Below the pieces are notes generated by a model. That model did not search any database, had not been told where the DNA came from, and was given only the letters and a program-made list of their open reading frames with translations. A DNA stretch of 64,000 bases from an uncultured bacterium (GTDB lineage: Bacteria; Patescibacteriota; Dojkabacteria; SC72), in contig CAIMEL010000024.1 in NCBI GenBank assembly GCA_903840015.1, positions 1,057 through 65,056 on the forward strand. The letters run 5' to 3'. Both the position numbers and the translations under genes were made by a program. Each line of letters begins with the position of its first letter. Within the stretch, counting starts at the first letter, position 1. Positions 57,460 to 64,000 of this stretch are shown here, one piece after another.

Positions 57460-58107
57460 ATGAAGAACGATTTACTAACCAGATTGAACAAAATCAGAGA
57501 AGAAGTAGCCAAGAACTACAAAGTTATGCCCAAATTAGTCGAATTACAAGCAGAGGCAAAGAAAGCCTTTGATGAACAGATTAATCATTTGCTCCAAGAA
57601 AACAAATTAATCAGGAAGATAAAAGTTCCTAAATTTAATCTCCCTATATGGGTACACAAAGGGAAAAAGATCAGAATTCCAATTAACTGGAGGTATCTAA
57701 TTAGTACCCCCTTTATATACGGAATGATCATTCCTTCTTTAATCTGGCACAGTGCCATTGAGCTCTACCATCAAATCTGTTTTAGATTGTATGGAATCCC
57801 TTTGGTAGATTTCAGAGAGTATTTCATATATGACAGAAAATTACTCTCTATGCTAAATATTTTTGAAAAGATTAATTGTATTTACTGTAGTTATGTAAAC
57901 AATCTCATACGATACAGTGCAGAGATTGGAGGGAGAACTGAAAGATACTGGTGTCCCATTAAATATTACAGAAGAATTAACAATGCACACTCTCAGTATT
58001 CCAAGTTTGTTGATGGAGAGAATATCGAAGAAATGAGAGAACAGTGGGAAGAGCTTAGAGATTTCTCTGATTTAACAACAGATCAACCATCAAAATCTAA
58101 CTCTTAG
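57460..58107 (+). CDS. hypothetical protein with a coiled-coil N-terminus and a Cys/aromatic-rich core
   Basis: ORF only (CIYCSYVNNL...YWCPIKYY). Confidence 0.35.
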   Translation: MKNDLLTRLNKIREEVAKNYKVMPKLVELQAEAKKAFDEQINHLLQENKLIRKIKVPKFNLPIWVHKGKKIRIPINWRYLISTPFIYGMIIPSLIWHSAIELYHQICFRLYGIPLVDFREYFIYDRKLLSMLNIFEKINCIYCSYVNNLIRYSAEIGGRTERYWCPIKYYRRINNAHSQYSKFVDGENIEEMREQWEELRDFSDLTTDQPSKSNS

Positions 58108-58414
58108 GCTTCTTCCCTTTGGAGAATATTTTTACAAGGAAGAGAACAAAGGCAATCAGAAGTAGAGCTACGAAAATCATCCCTCCGATTGTTAAAACCT
58201 TTTTTATGAGAATTGTATAGGGTGTATACTCACCACGTAACTCTGGAAGTATAATTGATTGAAATATATTAGGAATAAACCCTTCAGCGAAAACAATCGT
58301 TCTGTTAAAAAGCAGCAAGACATATGAAATTAAGAATATTAATACAGTCCTCATACTAAAGTTTTTTTCCCAACTCTTTACCCCATTCAATGGCCCTCTC
58401 CATTTCTCCATCAA
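58097..58414 (-). CDS. small 2-TM membrane protein, hypothetical
   Basis: Hydrophobic helices; overlaps the flavodoxin gene start. Confidence 0.3.
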   Translation of the reverse strand: MMEKWRGPLNGVKSWEKNFSMRTVLIFLISYVLLLFNRTIVFAEGFIPNIFQSIILPELRGEYTPYTILIKKVLTIGGMIFVALLLIAFVLFLVKIFSKGKKPKS

Positions 58415-58802
58415 ACAAAGGACCCTCTTTGCCTTTTACAAAGAAAACTTTTGGATCTACAAGTTTACTCCCCCCTTTGTCTACCAACCTTCCAAGAATC
58501 TTCAAAGCAGCATCTCCATGGAAAAAAACCTTCATTCTAGTATCAAAAGAGGTCACTTTAATATTTTTCAATTGACTTCCACTAAATGCATCTAACCATT
58601 GATTCATACCCTCTAAAGGACGCCACCCCTGAATTGGGCTTCCTACCACAAGAAGCTTCATACTCTTCAAATATTCTTTCTTGAATTTTGATATATGCAA
58701 TGCCTTTGTTCCCAAACCTTCTGCAATAGCTTCTGCTATCTTAGCTGTATTACCATATGCAGAATCATATACTACTAATGTTTTCATATCATATTTTAAC
58801 AC
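58356..58802 (-). CDS. Flavodoxin-like protein (short-chain flavodoxin / WrbA-like)
   Basis: MKTLVVYDSAYGNTAKIAEAIAEGL is a typical flavodoxin FMN-binding N-terminus. Confidence 0.65.
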   Translation of the reverse strand: MLKYDMKTLVVYDSAYGNTAKIAEAIAEGLGTKALHISKFKKEYLKSMKLLVVGSPIQGWRPLEGMNQWLDAFSGSQLKNIKVTSFDTRMKVFFHGDAALKILGRLVDKGGSKLVDPKVFFVKGKEGPLFDGEMERAIEWGKELGKKL

Positions 58803-58865
58803 ATCCGAAAATTCATTATCAATTATATATAGTAATCACTCTCAACTAGCGATATACTGTAATGT

Positions 58866-59195
58866 ATGAAAGAAAATCTTCTCAAATTCCTCGGTGGAGT
58901 TATTGGAATAATACTAGTTTTTCTTCTAATTAAGTGGGGTATGAGTATCCAGAAGAGACATGAAGAGAAGTACCCTTGGAGAGCCTCTATATATACAGAA
59001 ACAACTGTGTTAGATTCAAAAGATTTTAAAGATATTGACTCCTGCAGAGAGTGGGTAGAGCAGAAAAGGAAAGATTTGGATTCTGCATACGAAGATTGGG
59101 ATTACGATTGTGGATACAAATGTAAGATTACAGATCAAAAGATTGAATCCGGAAAAAGAATAAATGAATATGAGTGTGAAGAATTAACAAAATAG
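58866..59195 (+). CDS. small N-terminally anchored protein, hypothetical
   Basis: TM helix FLGGVIGIILVFLLI; Cys pairs in the C-terminal part. Confidence 0.3.
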   Translation: MKENLLKFLGGVIGIILVFLLIKWGMSIQKRHEEKYPWRASIYTETTVLDSKDFKDIDSCREWVEQKRKDLDSAYEDWDYDCGYKCKITDQKIESGKRINEYECEELTK

Positions 59196-59241
59196 ATAGA
59201 ACTGGTACAAAACAGAAGATATATCTGATATCATAAAATCA

Positions 59242-61356
59242 ATGGAAAAAAGTATCCCATTAAAAAAGTTGCTCCCATATATACTTGCAGCATTAATCAT
59301 TCTCCCTATTCTAATCACCATTTTCTTTCAGAACTTCAAAATTGTTACAATCTTAAAAGAGAAACCATCTGAAACCATAGTGGCAAATATCTCAAGTACC
59401 TCAGCTCAGATATATACCAAAACTGTGGATCCAAATATATATCGCCTCTACTACAAAAAGACATCAGATACCGGTTTGTTCAGAAATGCTGATGATATTA
59501 AGATATATAGAGATAATCTTTCTGACAAAAAACTCTATGTTCTTACCTTAGACAATCTTGAACCCGGATCGGAGTATCAATTTAAAATAGAATCGCAAAA
59601 TAATACTTGGGAAGAAGGTTTTCTCTTTACTACAAAAAATATTGCAAATGAGATAGCACTCCCTAATATTGAAACTGGGAATGGTACTGAGCAATCCTTT
59701 GTGCTTCTTACAAATTCCAACAATGAAAAAATTATGCTCGATACCCAATATCATGGGACTTGGGCTTTTGATAATAAAAATGAAGCATATACTTCAACAG
59801 AATATGCAAACTATACTTCTAAAAATGACCTACAGGTAAAATTGAACAATTTAATAGCCAAGCCTGCCTACGCTGAATCTGGAGCAAATTGTAAAATGGG
59901 AATTAATGTTAGCAATTTTCCTTTAGCTCCATCTAAAGCAAAAGTGGTAGATATAATTGGGAGATGGGTTGGATCCTGTCCAAAAGGAGGATATGGAAAT
60001 GAATGCTATGAGGATGTGTACTGCAAAGCTATGGCTGCAGGAGTCAAACCTGGCTTTGTATTTGCAATATGGTCTAATGAATCAGGAGGAAGTAACTATG
60101 CATATTCTCCAAATGTAGAGGACTTCGGTATCCACGCGAGTACTTTCCCAAAGAGAGATTTTACAGCACAGATAGAGCGTTTCCTTTCAGTGCAAGCTGC
60201 AGGAGGAGGTAGCTCTTACATATCAGCTTGTAACAAAAGTGCTGGATATAATGAATTAAGTCAATGGGGTGCACGATTCTGGCAAGGAGATTGTCAAACC
60301 CCACAAGGCTTGGAGAAAGGTTTAGAATATATTACTCAGATAGGAACTATATACAATTGGTATACAAATTCAACTCTTACATTTCCTTTCTCAGCTTCAG
60401 GTGGAGCTAGCTGTAGCTATTCCTCTGCATATACCAACACTGCATACAACAGCTGTACTGCACAAGGAACTCCTACGAATCCAACAAATCCGACTGATCC
60501 TACAAATCCAACCGAACCCATTCCCCCTGGAGGAGATGGTGTCAAGAAATGGCTCCCTGTAACAGGAACTATGGGGGGCAAAAAGATATCTCCAGAAGTT
60601 GATAGATATTGTACAGACCCTGATGGCTGTATATGTATTTGGAAATACAATATTAAGCCTGGAGAAACAACCAAGAACGCTAGCAATGGATACACCTGTA
60701 CACCGGATATGAAAGTTATCAAAACAGTCAAAAGCTGTTGTCAGACCAAAGATGGTCTTTCTTTCATCTGGCCATATGAGTGTAAAGGAGAAATTCTAAA
60801 AGATATTCCTGAAAGTAGTTGTAAAGCAACAGAATCAGAGATCAAGTTTACCAAAGGTATAAATTTCCTTGAAGCATTAACCATTCTTAACAAAGAAGAA
60901 TCTCCCATAGATACAGCAAAAGGTTTAATTCAGCACACAAACAACAGAATAATTGCCGTTGGCCTTCTAAGAAATGATGTATGGGGAAAGATTCTCAAAG
61001 TAGAGAAAGGAGAAATAAAAGGTGAGGACTTTAACTTAGATCCAGGGGAAACATACCTCGTTATAGCAAAAGAGGATGTAGTCATTCCAATTCAAGGTTT
61101 TAAGTCTGAAACAACCTTAGATATGAAAACATTAAAAGGATGGAATTTGGTACCTGTTTCGTTGTTAAAATCTGCTTCTAACAGTACAAAAAGTATTCTC
61201 CAAAATACAACATATACATATATTAATCAGATTGCACAATGGCAAGAGAAACAGAGTCTTTTCAAATACACTTTAAGAGATAAAAGTAATCAGATATATG
61301 GTGATGATTTAAGAATTTCAGATAGTAAAGGCATCTTCGTAAGAATACCCCAATAG
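59242..61356 (+). CDS. large membrane-anchored surface protein with a PT(N/D/E)PT proline-threonine repeat and a Cys-rich domain
   Basis: N-terminal TM helix; 9-nt tandem DNA repeat near 60466..60520 encoding PTNPTNPTDPTNPTEP; the segment AIWSNESGGSNYAYS faintly recalls the lytic transglycosylase E-S motif. Confidence 0.45.
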   Translation: MEKSIPLKKLLPYILAALIILPILITIFFQNFKIVTILKEKPSETIVANISSTSAQIYTKTVDPNIYRLYYKKTSDTGLFRNADDIKIYRDNLSDKKLYVLTLDNLEPGSEYQFKIESQNNTWEEGFLFTTKNIANEIALPNIETGNGTEQSFVLLTNSNNEKIMLDTQYHGTWAFDNKNEAYTSTEYANYTSKNDLQVKLNNLIAKPAYAESGANCKMGINVSNFPLAPSKAKVVDIIGRWVGSCPKGGYGNECYEDVYCKAMAAGVKPGFVFAIWSNESGGSNYAYSPNVEDFGIHASTFPKRDFTAQIERFLSVQAAGGGSSYISACNKSAGYNELSQWGARFWQGDCQTPQGLEKGLEYITQIGTIYNWYTNSTLTFPFSASGGASCSYSSAYTNTAYNSCTAQGTPTNPTNPTDPTNPTEPIPPGGDGVKKWLPVTGTMGGKKISPEVDRYCTDPDGCICIWKYNIKPGETTKNASNGYTCTPDMKVIKTVKSCCQTKDGLSFIWPYECKGEILKDIPESSCKATESEIKFTKGINFLEALTILNKEESPIDTAKGLIQHTNNRIIAVGLLRNDVWGKILKVEKGEIKGEDFNLDPGETYLVIAKEDVVIPIQGFKSETTLDMKTLKGWNLVPVSLLKSASNSTKSILQNTTYTYINQIAQWQEKQSLFKYTLRDKSNQIYGDDLRISDSKGIFVRIPQ

Positions 61357-61372
61357 AAATAACTATACAATA

Positions 61373-61409
61373 TTGACAGCCCTAGCACTCAGTGTTATCA
61401 TTTGCTAAC
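61373..61409 (+). promoter_or_regulatory. sigma70-type promoter (TTGACA-17-TATCAT) with an embedded CIRCE-like inverted repeat upstream of hsp20
   Basis: TTGACA at 61373..61378, 17-nt spacer, TATCAT at 61396..61401. cTAGCACTC-N9-atTTGCTAA compared with CIRCE TTAGCACTC-N9-GAGTGCTAA (8/9 and 6/9 matches). Confidence 0.4.
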
Positions 61410-61434
61410 TATCTAAATTATTATTTTTACACAT

Positions 61435-61884
61435 ATGAAAATAATTAAAAGAGATGAAAACAGAAGGTCATATCCTTCAATCTATTCTCCTTTTAGATCT
61501 GTATTTGATGATTTCTTCACCCCAACAATCTGGGATGATACATTTGTAACTCAACCTACTCTCTCATCAATAGCTGCAGACATCTGGGAAGAGAAGGAGA
61601 ATATCTTTGTGAAGATGGCTCTACCAGGAGTTAAAAAAGAAGATATTAAAATAACTATTAACGAGGACAATATAACGATATCAGGGCAGACAAAGAAAGA
61701 GGAAGAAAAAGATAAAGAGAAGAAATACTACTTCAGAAGTATGGAGAGCTCATTTGAGCAATCATTTAATCTCCCAACCAAAATAAATCCCGACTCTGTA
61801 GAAGCAGAATTTAAGGATGGAGTTCTAGAGGTAAAACTTCCAAAGGCTGATGAGGTCAAGCCAAGAGAGATAGAGATAAAATAA
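61435..61884 (+). CDS. Hsp20/alpha-crystallin family small heat-shock protein
   Basis: Alpha-crystallin domain (..DIWEEKENIFVKMALPGVKKEDIKITI...EFKDGVLEVKLPK). Confidence 0.85.
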   Translation: MKIIKRDENRRSYPSIYSPFRSVFDDFFTPTIWDDTFVTQPTLSSIAADIWEEKENIFVKMALPGVKKEDIKITINEDNITISGQTKKEEEKDKEKKYYFRSMESSFEQSFNLPTKINPDSVEAEFKDGVLEVKLPKADEVKPREIEIK

Positions 61885-61909
61885 GTGAATGACCTGTAAT
61901 ATTACTAAA

Positions 61910-61936
61910 GGGGTTCATTATTTGAGCCCCTTTTTG
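61910..61936 (+). terminator. rho-independent terminator downstream of hsp20
   Basis: GGGGTTCA-ttatt-TGAGCCCC (8-bp stem including one G-U pair) followed by TTTTT. Confidence 0.6.
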
Positions 61937-61947
61937 TATAATGCAAC

Positions 61948-62652
61948 ATGCTTGAAACAGAAACATATACAACAGAGATCGAACAAAGGGAGATGCACCC
62001 TCTTGTTTCTACATCTTTGGGAATAATTGGATATAGACTTTCCACTCTCCCACAAACTCCAATGTATGATGAATATCGTGCAAGCATGTTAACAAACATA
62101 GCAATACTTGAACAAGCAGAGCCCTCTACGTTAGCAAGAAAAATGATTGGTCCATTGAGTGAAGCTCTCTTCTTTACGGCTTGTAGAGAGAATCTCCAGG
62201 CCGAAATATCCATATCCACTGCACAAGAAGATATGCAAGGTGTTGATTTCTTCCTTGGGTCAGCAAAAAGGAGAATTGATGTAACAACCAATCCTGGGAA
62301 ATACTCTTCTAAAATGTTTAAGACAGACAAAACAACAATAATACTTCCTCCGAGGAGAGATTTAATAAAGGGTATCCTTTTAGAAGGCGAAGACTTCGAT
62401 ACTCGACAATATTTACGAGACATCTTCGAACTCAACATGGAGATTCTCAACAACAGATATCCCCAGTACCAAATATTAATAGCAACAAGAGCGAAAAAGA
62501 GGAACAGTTTCAATGAAGTAGCTTCCAGAGGTTACAAGAGAAGAAACCTTCATAGCAATCCAACAGGACACAGAGACAAGGTATATATGAAAGAGGCACA
62601 ATACAGAGAAGTGATTAATGTCCTCTCCATCCTAAGGAATTTCCCTACCTAG
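61948..62652 (+). CDS. hypothetical protein (234 aa); preferred over the overlapping antisense ORF 61905..62513
   Basis: Balanced, protein-like composition; starts just after the hsp20 terminator with a TATAAT box immediately upstream. The antisense ORF is Cys/Ser-rich and spans the terminator. Confidence 0.4.
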   Translation: MLETETYTTEIEQREMHPLVSTSLGIIGYRLSTLPQTPMYDEYRASMLTNIAILEQAEPSTLARKMIGPLSEALFFTACRENLQAEISISTAQEDMQGVDFFLGSAKRRIDVTTNPGKYSSKMFKTDKTTIILPPRRDLIKGILLEGEDFDTRQYLRDIFELNMEILNNRYPQYQILIATRAKKRNSFNEVASRGYKRRNLHSNPTGHRDKVYMKEAQYREVINVLSILRNFPT

Positions 62653-63991
62653 CATTCCGTAATAGTTTCATTAGCAAATCACCCTGAGATTCAGTTGCTA
62701 ACCTAACCTTCAGATCCTTTTCCATATATATTGGTACAACTTGTGTTTGAATATGCTTACCCTCATAGAAATAATGAGATAGTACCAACCCTTGCCTCGT
62801 CCCTATCCATATATTCTGATCAAAGAAAAGATTCCCCAATCCATAGAAAATAACTCCATCCTTGTATAATTCGAATGTCTGTGGTTGATGAGCCTGAGTC
62901 CCAACAACAATATCTGCACCCATATCGATAGCTTTCTTGAAAACACCCTTCTGATCAGGAGAGCTCAATGGTTTGTAACATATTGGAAAGATAACATCAG
63001 AAGATGGATAACTGTAACACTCCTGAAATTGGAAATCCACTATCACAATATCTGCATTCTTTCTCGCTGTTTCAATATCACTCTGCATTTTTTCTTCAGA
63101 AAAAGAATTTGCCCCAGATCTTTCATCTCCTGCCAAGGCCAAAGTCTTTAGCATAGTATCGTAATAGTTATACCCCATGAATGCTATCTTCGTACCTTTA
63201 ACCTCTTCATAAAGGATTTTAGAAGCATCTACATCGTTTAGACCACCACCAAAATAGCGCATACCTAAATCAGTATAGATCTTAATACTCTCTTTGCTAT
63301 ATTTACTACCAAAATCATTATTATGATTTCCAGTCAGTTCAACAATATCAACACCACTCTTCTTCAACACATCAATATATTCCGGTCTAGAACAAAATCG
63401 CATACCTGAATACACCTTACACCCTGGTACAAAAGAAACCTCGTTAGAAACATGAGTCAAATCAGCATTAGCTAAAAACTCCCCTATCTCATCAGCAGGA
63501 TATGTAGTACTTTTTAGAGAATCCATTTTCAATGCTAATCCACGAGAGATTGCAACAACACCACTCATGTTTACCTTAACTAATTTCTCTCTATTAAATT
63601 TTGAATCTGTAGAACCAACATTCTTCTTAACAACATCTACTATGAATAGATCTTCTGAATTCTTCAGCTTAGCAAAAAAAGAAATAGGAATACTTCCATT
63701 TTCATCATCTAAGAAATTTCTTGAATCAACATCTAAAATCTTCATATCAACATCCAGATCATCAAATTCCACCAACGCTATATTCTTGTCACTCTCAGCA
63801 AGTTTTTCTACCAACTGCTCCTTAGATTCTAAAATCTCAATATTAACAGAATACTGACCCTCCAAATATTTCTCATACTTTGAATCTAGCATAAAAAGAT
63901 TGAACTTTTTAAGAGAATCTTTAGACACATCACCCTCCAAAGAGTACAGATGTGCTACTGGAATGAAATTCTTACTAAAGAGTTCAATCAT
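62645..63991 (-). CDS. CapA/PGA_cap-family metallophosphatase-like protein with an N-terminal extension; may continue past the window end
   Basis: VELTGNHNNDFG (the NHxxDxG motif) and VVGTQAHQPQTFELYKDGVIFYGLGNLFFDQ (GxHxH ... SLGNFxF) match CapA-type calcineurin-like phosphoesterases. Confidence 0.6.
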   Translation of the reverse strand: MIELFSKNFIPVAHLYSLEGDVSKDSLKKFNLFMLDSKYEKYLEGQYSVNIEILESKEQLVEKLAESDKNIALVEFDDLDVDMKILDVDSRNFLDDENGSIPISFFAKLKNSEDLFIVDVVKKNVGSTDSKFNREKLVKVNMSGVVAISRGLALKMDSLKSTTYPADEIGEFLANADLTHVSNEVSFVPGCKVYSGMRFCSRPEYIDVLKKSGVDIVELTGNHNNDFGSKYSKESIKIYTDLGMRYFGGGLNDVDASKILYEEVKGTKIAFMGYNYYDTMLKTLALAGDERSGANSFSEEKMQSDIETARKNADIVIVDFQFQECYSYPSSDVIFPICYKPLSSPDQKGVFKKAIDMGADIVVGTQAHQPQTFELYKDGVIFYGLGNLFFDQNIWIGTRQGLVLSHYFYEGKHIQTQVVPIYMEKDLKVRLATESQGDLLMKLLRNAR

Positions 63992-64000
63992 TCCCTCTTC

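Noticed and set aside
61905-62513. Minus-strand 202-aa ORF overlapping the 234-aa plus-strand ORF
   Set aside because: It is Cys/Ser-rich with atypical composition, its 3' end runs through the hsp20 rho-independent terminator, and the plus-strand ORF starts right after that terminator with a -10-like box. I kept only the plus-strand ORF, at low confidence.
1-64000. CRISPR arrays, transposases, integrases, reverse transcriptases or DGR template/variable repeat pairs
   Set aside because: I scanned the intergenic regions and repeats by eye. The only tandem repeats are the 63-bp in-gene repeat (29632..29757) and a 9-nt PT-repeat (about 60466..60520), both coding. I found no spacer-repeat architecture and no recombinase or RT motifs.

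Overview
This is an AT-rich (roughly one-third GC by eye), gene-dense bacterial chromosomal window. Gene content and the small, divergent housekeeping proteins fit a small-genome lineage such as CPR/Patescibacteria; that assignment is a guess. TGA is used as an ordinary stop (for example uvrB ends in TGA overlapping the next ATG), so the standard code 11 applies. Core genes: uvrB (5' partial), nadK, uvrC, dnaE, rplS, two divergent iPGM-type phosphoglycerate mutases, a HelD/UvrD-like helicase, gatA (separate from gatB-gatC), rnhB, a NUDIX hydrolase, lepB, parA-parB, a SpoU methyltransferase, and the division block ftsQ-like/ftsA/ftsZ/ftsW next to rplU-methyltransferase-rpmA, then uppP, prfB, ftsE-ftsX-envC-like, hpf and hsp20. 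I read ten tRNAs directly from the sequence: Gln-UUG, Gly-UCC, Lys-UUU, Gly-CCC, Thr-CGU, Leu-UAG, Glu-UUC, Gly-GCC, Phe-GAA and Asn-GUU. Two regions stand out. One is an archaeal-type SipW signal peptidase flanked by two proteins carrying SipW-cognate (TasA-like) signal peptides, a TasA/camelysin-like protein and a lamin-tail-domain protein. The other is a ~1 kb GC-rich island beside tRNA-Gly(CCC) encoding a secreted cysteine-rich protein whose 63-bp tandem repeat carries an in-frame TAG (TGG to TAG) between otherwise synonymous-only repeat differences. Lesser items are a membrane-anchored transglutaminase-like protein with the catalytic Cys replaced, a Fic-like protein with a degenerate active-site motif next to tRNA-Thr, an XRE-HTH/DUF4214/HEPN-like cluster, and a CIRCE-like operator in the hsp20 promoter. 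I found no CRISPR array, transposase, integrase or reverse transcriptase.
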